A stretch of DNA of 64,000 bases, taken from the NCBI GenBank assembly GCA_021807115.1, contig JAKAPJ010000003.1:1775-65774 (forward strand). The letters are read 5' to 3'. The notes under the pieces were generated by a model. It was not told the DNA's origin. It ran no database searches and worked only from the letters and a program-made list of their open reading frames with translations. Every line of letters begins with the position of its first letter. Positions within the stretch are counted from its first letter, which is position 1. The translations under genes were made by a program, and so were the position numbers. This stretch comes from Candidatus Micrarchaeota archaeon (GTDB lineage: Archaea; Micrarchaeota; Micrarchaeia; Micrarchaeales; Micrarchaeaceae). Positions 8,957 through 18,801 of this stretch are shown here, piece after piece.

Positions 8957-9205
8957 ATGTCAAAGGAAATGGAAATGGTAGAGCGTAGGCCGTCACCGAG
9001 GCTAACCACAGTGGTGATGGTCGAGGACACTATACGGCAGGGTGGCAGGACATGGTCCTCCGTGGCGGAGATAAAGAGGGAGCTGCCAAGGCAGGTGAAC
9101 CACTATGCCCTCATGGCGGTGCTGGAGTACCTGGAGAAGAACGGCAGGATCTCGGTGGCGCTGGACGGGATAAGGTGGACGGGAGGGACGGAAGCGAAGG
9201 CGTGA
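8957..9205 (+). CDS. Small winged-helix-like protein (82 aa) directly upstream of the giant surface gene
   Basis: The ATG at 8957 is in frame inside track ORF 8825-9205. SVAEIKRELPRQVNHYALMAVLEYLEKNGRISV resembles a wHTH recognition region. The N-terminal extension in the track looks non-coding. Confidence 0.5.
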   Translation: MSKEMEMVERRPSPRLTTVVMVEDTIRQGGRTWSSVAEIKRELPRQVNHYALMAVLEYLEKNGRISVALDGIRWTGGTEAKA

Positions 9206-9227
9206 TGGAACTGCAGGGTCTTCACAG

Positions 9228-12200
9228 ATGAAGATTTTATTCCTGGCTCTGGCTGCCATCGCGGTACTTGCAAACGCCGCCATACTCTGCAGCAGCTATC
9301 TGGGACTTGGGCATGCGCATTATGCCAGCCGTCAGGCAATAGACATTAGCCTTGCCGCGGCGAACGGCACCACGGCCAACCAGACAGGCACGACGACGGC
9401 CACAACTACTACCACATCTGCCACGACGAGCACGACATCGACAGCGCCGCCAGCCAATGCGCCCGCGGTGTACAACGTGACATTCTACGAGAGTGGACTG
9501 CCCAGCAACGCGACATGGACAGTGAAATTTGGCAACGCATCCGCGCAATTCCCGGCACCTGAGCCGATAATATTCAGGGTATACGACGGAACCTACAGCT
9601 TCTTCGTCAGCTACAGCACCGCGAACAGCGTGGTGTTCTCGCCACTGCCGGAGAACGATAGCGTGACAGTGAACGGGCCTGCCTCGTACCTGATCAGCTT
9701 CGGCCAGCAGAACGCAACGTCCACGACGACCGCCACTACTACAACAAGCGCCTCCACGAGTGCGGCATCTACGGCAGCCAGCACGTCTAGCACGTCAGTC
9801 CAAAGCTCATCGAGCTCGGCGGCCACGACACAGGCAACATCGCAGACCACGACAGCCCTGACGAGCACAAGCAGCACGTCTCAGACGACTGCGGCCACGA
9901 CCACTACAGTAGCGACCGTGCAGGGTATGGTAAACACAACGGTACGCGAGGTGGGTCTGCCGAAGAACACGACATGGTACATAAGCTACGGCGCGGCCCA
10001 GCTATCATCCGCCACGAACGCCATGGAGGTGCAGACGCAGGGCGGCACCTATAACCTCATAGTCAAAAACGCCACGGCAAACGGGGTGGCGTTCGCTCCG
10101 AACGTGTCATCAGGATCGTTCGCCGCGGGATCAAACATATTGTTACTGTTCTCCCGCGTAGGCGCCGGGACATCGGGCACGACGACCACGATCGCATCCA
10201 CAACGAGCAGCACATCCTCATCTACCACCATATCATCGTCTACCACCACGGTTCCGCAGTGGACGGGGAGCACAAATGGGCTTTACAACGTTACTTTCTA
10301 TGAGATGGGGTTGCCAGGCAATACGCCGTGGACTGCTACGATAGCGAATGCGCACGCGTCTGCAGTCGCGCCAGACCAGATAGTTTTCATACTCAGGAAC
10401 GGCACGTACTCGTTCAACATGGGCAACGCGACCTCGGTTAATGGGACTTTTGCGCCTAACCCAGGCAATGCAACGATAACGGTAAACTCCTCCTCTTCAT
10501 ATATCGTGAGATTTTCACAGAAGCCGAATTACACGTCGCAGCGCGTCAATGTTTCGCAGGTCATAGACGGATTGGAGGCAGGCCTGAACCTCAGCGCTCC
10601 GATGTACCCAAACAAGGGACAGAGGTACACCTACATGCCAGAGAGGTTAGCCGTGATACCGATGCCAACAAATACGGCGGTTAATGGCTGGCTCCTCAAT
10701 GTCCCCGCGGCCAGCTTGAACTCTGAGAGAGCGATTGTAGTAGCTGGAAACACGCCCGCCAACCCTACAGGGTTCAGGGTGCTGAACACCAGCATAATGT
10801 ATGCGAACGAGGGGAATGAGACGCTGACGTACGCGCAGAACCTAAGTGCGGGAGTCACTACCCCGATACTATATGGTGACACCAATTCAATGCTGCGTGG
10901 GTTGTACCTAGACGCTAAGTCAAACACACGTTCAGCTTATGCCAAGATTGCTTATTCTGGGTTGCCGCAGAATAATGCTGCACCCCCGCAGACTCCGGTA
11001 TATTCGTATTTCACGGTAAACAGCACGGTACCAGACAGCAACATTACGAACGCGACATACACATTCTCCGTGAGCAGGCAGTGGGTGGAGAATGAGGGTG
11101 AATTCCCCCAGCAGGTGACCCTGCTCAAATACGTTAATGGAGGGTGGATAAACCTGCCTACCGCCTTGGAGAACGCCTCGCCGGAAGCATTTGTGTTCAA
11201 TGCCTCTTCAAGCTCGCTTTCCAGTTATGCGGTTTCCTTTGAAGCTAACGGAGTTATATACGGCTCCCCGTATACCACGAATGGCGTGCTCAACTTCAAA
11301 AAAGGCTATAGCACATATTTCGCCGCGTGCGCAACAGGAGGCTACACCATACCTGCAACGTCATTTAGCACCACGGTGAACAGCGCTTATTACTCAGGGT
11401 GCGGTGGGTACTGCGCGGAGGGGGGATATCAAACATCTAACACCGTATGGTGCCAACAATCCAACTTATGGTACTTCGTTTTTGCTGGTATAGGCGCGAA
11501 TGTGATAATAAAAAATGGCAATGTATTTGGGGCTGTCAACACCACTACCAACCCCAACGGCGAATCTGTGTATCTCACTTACAAAGTAGGTGCGGCGAAC
11601 AGCTTTGTGGTGCTTACAGGGGCATGTGGTTGGGAGAACTGCCATGTGCAACTGCCAACCGGATGCATGGCGCAAACCACAGGAATTAACGCATCCGGGC
11701 AGGACTCTGCCATAGCAGCCACTTGCGCACAGGGAACAGGCACATATACTGCAAACCTGATAGACGCGAATCCTGGCACCAATACGGGGCAAGGACCCGC
11801 AATAGGTGTATTTGAGGCATATGTCTTTCCGTCGTACAATGTGCTCCTTGAAACAAGCCCCGCAACTGCCAAGATACAGACGAACAACAATATAGAGTAC
11901 TCAAATGACGTGGTGATGAACGTCATCGGCGTAAACCCACTCAACGCCATAGCCCCGTCGAGCGGGACATGGCAATTCGTAAATTGGGTGTCCAGCGACG
12001 CAACCAACATCATAATAGCAAATACCATTGCCCAGGATACGTTCGCGACGGTAGAGGGCGATGGCAACATAATCGCGAGCTTCAACGGGATTACGACGTT
12101 CAGCGAAACCGGCCTTCCGTCAGGCTCTGCGTGGAACGTCCTGTACAATGGCAACATGATTTCCTCGAATTCTAATGCCATAACGTTCAACTTCGCCCCA

Positions 12201-14306
12201 GGCGCATATTCCTACACCATTGCAAATCAGGTCATAAGCGGGAACACGTATGTGCCGTTCCCCGCCACCGGGACCGCGGATTCGGGGAATTCTATTTCAG
12301 TCTCATTCAGCAAGCTGGGCTCCTTCACCCTGTCTTTGGTGAGCAACACACCGACGTACGACCAAAGCGACGCGGTGACGGTAACGGCAGGGAACCCGGC
12401 AAACACCGTGGAGATACTAATTGGGGCCGGCTCTGGGTCTGGAACCTCTGTTGCATCCGGCACCGGATCCGCAACATGCGATGTTGAAAGCACGTGCAAC
12501 CCTGACGGTAGTGGTGAGCCAATGGCGGCTGGCACGTGGAACGTGGTTGGATACGATGTTACCTCTGGAGCACATACCCCAAGCAATTCGCTTGTGATTG
12601 GAAAAGCTACACCTGCAATGTCGCTGGACTCACCGGGCAACATCGTGTATACTGGCGCAGGGGGGACTTTCAGCTTCTCGATAACCACGTACAACTCTCA
12701 AATCGCAGGCAACATGTACGTCAACAACGCACTGGAGGTGACCACCAACACGGAATCGACCTTCACGACTTCGCCTGACCTCAACACGTATGACGGGGTG
12801 TTCAACACACTGGGCAACGGCAATTACCTTACGGCGTCAGTGTCGAACAGCTTCACAATATCCTCCGCACCATTCACAGTGGACTTCACAAGCACTGCAA
12901 ATGCGTTGATTGGAGCAGCCACCGTATACGCGACACTACCGGGAGGTTTCAGCCAATACTACTGCAATGCAGGGACATTTACCACGTTTTCTTCATACAA
13001 TGGCGTATCGTGGGAAACAGATGTGAATGAAACGGGCAACGGTAGCCCGCCAAATGGAATATCTGTAGGCCACCAGAGCTCAAGCACATGCATTTCAAAT
13101 GCCATAGGCGCGGGAGGCACAGCAGGTACGACAGTAGCAGGCATCGGCGTAAACCAGATAAACTACCAGGTTATCACATCGAAGGCAGCTGCAATCACCT
13201 CCAATACGGTGGATTTTTCTGTAGGTGTTTCCAACTCTTTTGTCATAATACAGGCACCAACTGGGGTGAATGAAGCTCAAACTGTCTCCCTACCTGCGAA
13301 TTGCGTACAACAGCAGATGCTGATAGACGACTCTGCAGGTAGCCCGGGAGCCACATCTTACATAGCGACCTGCAGCAACATGGCAAGCGGTTCATATTCG
13401 CTATCGTGGACTCTACGTGGATCCGGAAGCGTCGCTGATGCAGTTTATATATTCCCGCCTTTCAAGGTAACCCTGAACAGCGTACCGTCCACCGCGAATA
13501 TAGAGACGAACAACAACATATATGCCAACGGCTTGACCATGAACGTGATAGGGGCTGGCACCATACAGACGATTGCGCCGTCCGATTCGTCCAACTATGT
13601 GTGGGTCGGGTGGACCGTGAACAACGCGATAAACCTAACCGTATTCAACTCCATCGCCGAGCTGACAACGCTGAATGTGGCGGGGAACGGCATACTCACG
13701 GCCAACTACAACGGCGTGGTGAACTTCGTGGAATCGGGCCTACCTGCAGGCACCACGTGGAACGTGGTCTACAACGGCCAGCTGCTCTCGTCCAGCGGCA
13801 CGACCATAACATTCAACGACGTAATAGGGCCGTCCTACTCCTACACGATAGCGAACCAGATAGCCTCGGGAAACCTTTACGGAACCACGCACATACACGG
13901 AAGCTCCGTGGCGCCCAACACCATAGATGTGCAGTTCGTGACCGGGTGCGCGATATTCCTTGCGCCAAACACCCTGGACTTCGGCAACATAGAACCAGGC
14001 GCCAACGTGCCTGCGGACTTCGCAGTCACAGACAACAACCTCGGGCCGGTGGTGGCAAATATACTAGTATCAGGGACAAACTGGATTGATGGCAGCAACA
14101 GCTACTTTACTGCAAACACCGTATTCAACGCAATATCACAGTCCTCGTACGTGGGTATACCCCTGCCCCTCTTCCAGACCACTATTGACACTATGGACCA
14201 AATAACTGGGTTCTTCTCCCTAGGCGTGTACTTCGGGACGGCCGTGCCGCCAAGCGAGGAGAGGGGTTCGTACACGCAAAACATAATAATAGAGAACAGC
14301 TGTTGA
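9228..14306 (+). CDS. Giant secreted, heavily glycosylated surface protein (1692 aa)
   Basis: Signal peptide MKILFLALAAIAVLANA. Thr/Ser linkers. Five repeats of F.E.GLP...W(.)V....(G)(T)YS(Y/F). Pre-PGF-like segment (about 10995-11243). Duplicated 240-aa supermodule. C-terminal module ending ENSC-stop. Many N-X-S/T sequons. Confidence 0.9.
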   Translation: MKILFLALAAIAVLANAAILCSSYLGLGHAHYASRQAIDISLAAANGTTANQTGTTTATTTTTSATTSTTSTAPPANAPAVYNVTFYESGLPSNATWTVKFGNASAQFPAPEPIIFRVYDGTYSFFVSYSTANSVVFSPLPENDSVTVNGPASYLISFGQQNATSTTTATTTTSASTSAASTAASTSSTSVQSSSSSAATTQATSQTTTALTSTSSTSQTTAATTTTVATVQGMVNTTVREVGLPKNTTWYISYGAAQLSSATNAMEVQTQGGTYNLIVKNATANGVAFAPNVSSGSFAAGSNILLLFSRVGAGTSGTTTTIASTTSSTSSSTTISSSTTTVPQWTGSTNGLYNVTFYEMGLPGNTPWTATIANAHASAVAPDQIVFILRNGTYSFNMGNATSVNGTFAPNPGNATITVNSSSSYIVRFSQKPNYTSQRVNVSQVIDGLEAGLNLSAPMYPNKGQRYTYMPERLAVIPMPTNTAVNGWLLNVPAASLNSERAIVVAGNTPANPTGFRVLNTSIMYANEGNETLTYAQNLSAGVTTPILYGDTNSMLRGLYLDAKSNTRSAYAKIAYSGLPQNNAAPPQTPVYSYFTVNSTVPDSNITNATYTFSVSRQWVENEGEFPQQVTLLKYVNGGWINLPTALENASPEAFVFNASSSSLSSYAVSFEANGVIYGSPYTTNGVLNFKKGYSTYFAACATGGYTIPATSFSTTVNSAYYSGCGGYCAEGGYQTSNTVWCQQSNLWYFVFAGIGANVIIKNGNVFGAVNTTTNPNGESVYLTYKVGAANSFVVLTGACGWENCHVQLPTGCMAQTTGINASGQDSAIAATCAQGTGTYTANLIDANPGTNTGQGPAIGVFEAYVFPSYNVLLETSPATAKIQTNNNIEYSNDVVMNVIGVNPLNAIAPSSGTWQFVNWVSSDATNIIIANTIAQDTFATVEGDGNIIASFNGITTFSETGLPSGSAWNVLYNGNMISSNSNAITFNFAPGAYSYTIANQVISGNTYVPFPATGTADSGNSISVSFSKLGSFTLSLVSNTPTYDQSDAVTVTAGNPANTVEILIGAGSGSGTSVASGTGSATCDVESTCNPDGSGEPMAAGTWNVVGYDVTSGAHTPSNSLVIGKATPAMSLDSPGNIVYTGAGGTFSFSITTYNSQIAGNMYVNNALEVTTNTESTFTTSPDLNTYDGVFNTLGNGNYLTASVSNSFTISSAPFTVDFTSTANALIGAATVYATLPGGFSQYYCNAGTFTTFSSYNGVSWETDVNETGNGSPPNGISVGHQSSSTCISNAIGAGGTAGTTVAGIGVNQINYQVITSKAAAITSNTVDFSVGVSNSFVIIQAPTGVNEAQTVSLPANCVQQQMLIDDSAGSPGATSYIATCSNMASGSYSLSWTLRGSGSVADAVYIFPPFKVTLNSVPSTANIETNNNIYANGLTMNVIGAGTIQTIAPSDSSNYVWVGWTVNNAINLTVFNSIAELTTLNVAGNGILTANYNGVVNFVESGLPAGTTWNVVYNGQLLSSSGTTITFNDVIGPSYSYTIANQIASGNLYGTTHIHGSSVAPNTIDVQFVTGCAIFLAPNTLDFGNIEPGANVPADFAVTDNNLGPVVANILVSGTNWIDGSNSYFTANTVFNAISQSSYVGIPLPLFQTTIDTMDQITGFFSLGVYFGTAVPPSEERGSYTQNIIIENSC
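9712..9920 (+). repeat. Thr/Ser-rich low-complexity linker (coding)
   Basis: NATSTTTATTTTSASTSAASTAASTSSTSVQSSSSSAATTQATSQTTTALTSTSSTSQTTAATTTTVATV. Similar linkers lie at about 9385-9445, 10165-10255, 27205-27325, 35593-35675 and 48075-48175. Confidence 0.9.
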
Positions 14307-14367
14307 CTTTAGTATGCGCCCGATAGGAATTTTCTTTCCGCGAAACGTCATCGTAAGACCTTCGACA

Positions 14368-14382
14368 AAGGTTATAAATAGG
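14368..14382 (+). promoter_or_regulatory. TATA box upstream of the second giant gene
   Basis: aaaggttataaatag lies about 37 nt upstream of the ATG at 14419, so the second giant gene appears to have its own promoter. Confidence 0.45.
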
Positions 14383-14418
14383 CCGTAAGCCAGATTTTAC
14401 GGGGGGTTTTATTTGCAA

Positions 14419-17400
14419 ATGTATAAGTTAACTTTATTTGCACTACTGCTCTTGCCGCTTGTTTGTACGACCATGACGTCAGCCAGAATTGTAATAATAA
14501 ACTTATCTATACAAAAAAACCCGATTGTATATGGGGCACAAGACAACATAACTGCAAAAACCAATGGGCCGACAGCACCACTGGCTATTTTAATAAACGG
14601 TAAGGAGGTAGCAAATGCTGGTTGTAACTACCCATGTTATGTTAATTATAGTAGTAATTTTAGCGAATGGCGCAACAACATCACCTATACAGTATGCTCA
14701 GTTCCGGCTACGTGCCTATTACCTGGTGTGTATAATGTATCGGCGTTTACGGCTTTGTCTGCTTTTCGCTATGCAAACGCTACGCTAAGCGTCACTGGTT
14801 CGTACCAGAATGTCACGCCTAATTTGGCACTGCAATCGAACCGAATAGCTTACGGTACGCAGGATGTGATAATGGCAAATTCCTTTGTGCAGTCGACAAA
14901 TGTGACCATTTTTATCAATGGTTTAGCAATGTCGCAAGGCAGGGGAAACGCAGCATATGTAATCTGCTCGTCAAATACGACCGCAACGTGCCTTGCGCCA
15001 GGCATGTACAACATTACCGCCAAAGCCCAAATGTCAAATGCAAGTAAAAGCTTTATTCTGAATGTGTATAAGGGGGTTCCGGCCCTTTCGCTCTACCCGC
15101 CTGCAAATTATACATACAATGGCACACCGGGCAATGTTTCATTCGGAATAAAAACAGTGGGGAACCAGCTGGATGCTGTACTTTCGGGGGATGCAAACGG
15201 CTATACAAACAGCACGGCAACCGCGCTTACGGGCTACCTGCCCGGCAACTACAGCCTCGGCCTTTATTCTCCAGGCAACACCAACTATACCTATGCTGGC
15301 CTGTCTGCAAAGTTCAGCATATACCCGGTAGTTAACACCATAAAGACAGGAGTTCTCCCTACAGCAATCGCGGTGGATACCTGCAGGGACTACGTTTACG
15401 TGGCCAACTACGGCTCGAATACGCTTTCAGTGATAAACGGCACAGCAGTGATCGCAAACCTTTCCGTAGGGGCCGGGCCGCAGGCGCTCGTGTTCGACAG
15501 AAACAACTGTGAAATGTACTCTGCTGACTTTGCCGCCTCCGAAGTCACAGCAGTGGCCGGTCTTGACGTGATTGGGAACATGAGCGTAGGCAGCAACCCT
15601 GTGGCCCTAGCATTTGACAACGCGACCAATTCCATATATTCCGCAGACTACGGGTCGGACGAGATATCTGTAATAAACACGCTGTCGGACAGCCTCCAGA
15701 CCAACATAGGCGTGGGCCGCAAGCCCATAGCCATCCTGTACAACCCGATAAGGAACCTCACATATGTAGCCAATTTCGGCTCGAACAACGTATCCATATC
15801 CAACGGCGTTGCGGTAGTAAACAGCGTGGATGTGGGCGTGGAACCCGATGCGCTCGCGTACAACTCCACGGGCTGCGTATACGTTGCGAACTACGGGAGC
15901 GCCACGGTGTCCGTAATATGCGGGCTCCAGACAAGCACCATACCCAATGTCATGCCCCCGGCCCCACCGCAGCCGGGATACGGGAGCGGGTCCGGGGGGC
16001 CCGGCGTACCGTTCGGGGACAACGGCGCTTCGGGGTCCGCAGTGTGCACATCGCAGAACTGCTACACCATAAACCCCTCCAGGTGCCCGGATTGCATAGA
16101 CGAATTCCCGCCAAGCATAATAGTGGACACGCAGATGTGCAAATGCGGGAACCAGACCGCGGTCGTGGTCGACCTGATTCCGAGCGCCCCGTTCTTCGCC
16201 CTCTTCACGAAGAATTACCTTGATGCCACCGTCGCCGATGTCATATCGCAGCTCCAGGCGCAGGGGTTCAAAATCAACGACTTCAACGCAAGCGGCATGG
16301 CAAATCCGGCTGTCTCCTACACCGTGGCCACAACCGGTGTGGACTTCAACAACGGGTTTGGCATACCGGTTTCGGACGACCTGGTCAACCTGAGCAATGG
16401 CAACCCGCCATACCTAAGGAGCCTCTCCCTGCTGGGGCAGAACGGCATAGCGCTGCTTACCCCCATCTTCTACAGCGTCGGGGCCAGGGCCAGCCCTGCC
16501 GCTGATGGCGTTGCCCGCATGGTCATTGGCACGCTCAACGATGGCAGGCTGGCCATGCCTATTGACTATACCTTCATGATGGAGCCTAACTGGTATTTCT
16601 TCTCCCCTCCGCCTGCATACATACCGCTCTCTGTGGGGTCCATATACCAATCGGCTGGCCCGGGGCAGATGGTTGTCTTAACGATAGCCGCATCCGCACC
16701 GGCGAACGTACCAAGGTACGCGCTGGATGTGGGCGGGAACTTTGCACTGCCTTATATAGTAGGCTTAAACGAGCCTAGCGACGCGGAACAGTTCAACTAT
16801 TCCAGGAACGTGTCATCCAACACCGTATATGCAGCCGCCCCTGAAACGATGTCGGTGGCCTTTTCAGAGACGGGGCTTGGGGCGGGGGCGGTGTGGGGTG
16901 TGACGATCAACGGCACCACGCTGTATTCGAATTCTACCAGCCTCGTATTCCAGGGCCTTCGCCAAGGCAGCTACACGTATTCCGTGAATTCGGTGCGGAA
17001 CTACACCGCCATCCCGCCAGGCAGCCTGACAATAAACTGCTCAAACCTTACAGTGGGCATAGCATTCCAACCGGAGCCGCACACGGTCACATTTGTGTCA
17101 AACAGGACCGGAATAGGTTCCTGGGGCATCAGCCTGTCCAGCGGCCAGTCCCTGACGACCGCATCGGACTCCGTGCAGTTCAAGCTGTACAATGGGCAGT
17201 ACAAATTCAGCGCCGTGCCGCCAATCGGCTTCAGCGCCCTCCCAGCCATGGGGAACTTCACGGTTAATGGCACGAATGTTACCATAGAGATAGGCTTCAG
17301 GGGCACGTACGCGAACATGAGCGTGAATGCGATAAAGGTGGGCAAGTACCCGATAGCCGAGCTCTTCGACCCCCAGGACTGCCTGCTGTATGTTGCGAAC

Positions 17401-18690
17401 TATGGCTCTGGCACAGTATCTGTGATATCGGGCCCGGATAACATAGGCAACATTACCGTTGGATTGAACCCAAGGGCACTTGCCCTGTCCACATCGACAG
17501 GGTGGGTGTACGTGGCGGACAGGGGCTCAGGTACTGTCAGCGTTATAAACATGACAAGGCTGATAGCCACCATTCCAGTAGGGCCTAACCCATCCTCAAT
17601 AACCTATGATCCGCTGAGCGGCCTCGTATACGTGGCTGATCAGACCAATCTTACGGCGAGCGTAACGGTCATACGCGGCCTAGATGTCATTGATGGGCTT
17701 GCGGCGGGCAGCGGCACTGTTGTGGCAAACGGCAGCGCAGTTTCGCTGACATACAACCCATGCACTGGGCAGACCTACCAGCTGAATTCGACTTCGGGGA
17801 TATTGACAGTGATGAATGCCACCCTATACCATGCGCCGACCGCGATGATATCAGTATCGAATTCCGTGATTGGCTATGGCGGGTTCGCAAATTTCACTGC
17901 GACCGTAACAAACGGCTTCGGTCCATTCACGCTCAGTCTGGAGGAGGGGAACGGGAATGTGGTGCAGACCTTAAACAATATTACCCAGGGTACCGTGGCA
18001 TTCAGCCCATTCCATCCTCCCTCGGGTCTTGACGTCTACAGGGTGGCGGCAACAGACCGCGGCGTGTTGCCCAGCCACCAGTTCACATCGGCAAACCTTA
18101 CGGTGGATGTGGCATCGCTGCTCGAAGTGTTCGAAAATGCCGTGGGCGGCCCACTCTCTCCAGACAATTTCACAATTGACGTAGTGGGAAACGACCCTAC
18201 GCCTTCCACATTTAACGGCTCATCGTCCGGGGTGCAGGTTTCGATATTCGCAGGCAACTATGTTGTTAACACAAGTATGGTTGAGTTCTCGAACTTCAGC
18301 TTTTATTCACAGAACTTCACCCCAAGTTGCATTGGGAACATACATATCGGGCAGGCGGCAAATTGCACAGTAACAAGCACTTACACCGTGCCGCTGAAGC
18401 TGTCCGCGACCCTGGCATCCAACACTGACCATGTCAAGCTAGGCCAGAGCATAAGTTTTGTGGCGAACATGACCGGAGGTAGGCCGGACTATGCATATAG
18501 TGTACTGGTAAAGAATACGACTACGCACGGGCGTTTCGTCTATACGGGCCAAAACGGGACATCCACCGACAGCAGTATCACCTTCATTGAGACACCGCAG
18601 AAGCTGGGCTCGTCATTCTACATGGTAAACATCACGGACAGCTTGGGGATGAGGGCCAATGCGACGGTGCATATAGTGGCGAGCAGGTGA
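14419..18690 (+). CDS. Giant secreted surface protein (about 1423 aa) with two YVTN beta-propeller blocks, GLP..W repeats and PKD-like domains
   Basis: Signal peptide MYKLTLFALLLLPLVCTT. Repeats of Y(V/S)AN(Y/F)GS.T(V/L)SVI (about 15340-15925 and 17320-17830). Cys-rich insert. C-terminal (T/S)GG..(P/D)(F/Y) PKD-like units. ATG at 14419 preferred over TTG at 14413. Confidence 0.9.
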   Translation: MYKLTLFALLLLPLVCTTMTSARIVIINLSIQKNPIVYGAQDNITAKTNGPTAPLAILINGKEVANAGCNYPCYVNYSSNFSEWRNNITYTVCSVPATCLLPGVYNVSAFTALSAFRYANATLSVTGSYQNVTPNLALQSNRIAYGTQDVIMANSFVQSTNVTIFINGLAMSQGRGNAAYVICSSNTTATCLAPGMYNITAKAQMSNASKSFILNVYKGVPALSLYPPANYTYNGTPGNVSFGIKTVGNQLDAVLSGDANGYTNSTATALTGYLPGNYSLGLYSPGNTNYTYAGLSAKFSIYPVVNTIKTGVLPTAIAVDTCRDYVYVANYGSNTLSVINGTAVIANLSVGAGPQALVFDRNNCEMYSADFAASEVTAVAGLDVIGNMSVGSNPVALAFDNATNSIYSADYGSDEISVINTLSDSLQTNIGVGRKPIAILYNPIRNLTYVANFGSNNVSISNGVAVVNSVDVGVEPDALAYNSTGCVYVANYGSATVSVICGLQTSTIPNVMPPAPPQPGYGSGSGGPGVPFGDNGASGSAVCTSQNCYTINPSRCPDCIDEFPPSIIVDTQMCKCGNQTAVVVDLIPSAPFFALFTKNYLDATVADVISQLQAQGFKINDFNASGMANPAVSYTVATTGVDFNNGFGIPVSDDLVNLSNGNPPYLRSLSLLGQNGIALLTPIFYSVGARASPAADGVARMVIGTLNDGRLAMPIDYTFMMEPNWYFFSPPPAYIPLSVGSIYQSAGPGQMVVLTIAASAPANVPRYALDVGGNFALPYIVGLNEPSDAEQFNYSRNVSSNTVYAAAPETMSVAFSETGLGAGAVWGVTINGTTLYSNSTSLVFQGLRQGSYTYSVNSVRNYTAIPPGSLTINCSNLTVGIAFQPEPHTVTFVSNRTGIGSWGISLSSGQSLTTASDSVQFKLYNGQYKFSAVPPIGFSALPAMGNFTVNGTNVTIEIGFRGTYANMSVNAIKVGKYPIAELFDPQDCLLYVANYGSGTVSVISGPDNIGNITVGLNPRALALSTSTGWVYVADRGSGTVSVINMTRLIATIPVGPNPSSITYDPLSGLVYVADQTNLTASVTVIRGLDVIDGLAAGSGTVVANGSAVSLTYNPCTGQTYQLNSTSGILTVMNATLYHAPTAMISVSNSVIGYGGFANFTATVTNGFGPFTLSLEEGNGNVVQTLNNITQGTVAFSPFHPPSGLDVYRVAATDRGVLPSHQFTSANLTVDVASLLEVFENAVGGPLSPDNFTIDVVGNDPTPSTFNGSSSGVQVSIFAGNYVVNTSMVEFSNFSFYSQNFTPSCIGNIHIGQAANCTVTSTYTVPLKLSATLASNTDHVKLGQSISFVANMTGGRPDYAYSVLVKNTTTHGRFVYTGQNGTSTDSSITFIETPQKLGSSFYMVNITDSLGMRANATVHIVASR

Positions 18691-18801
18691 AGAAGGTACA
18701 GCATCCCTTCGGAGCTGCGGCCGCACACCACAGTTCCTGGGCGGCGCGAGGTATGCATCCTGGGTGACTACAAAAAGTTATATGTTTAACTGTACAAAGT
18801 A

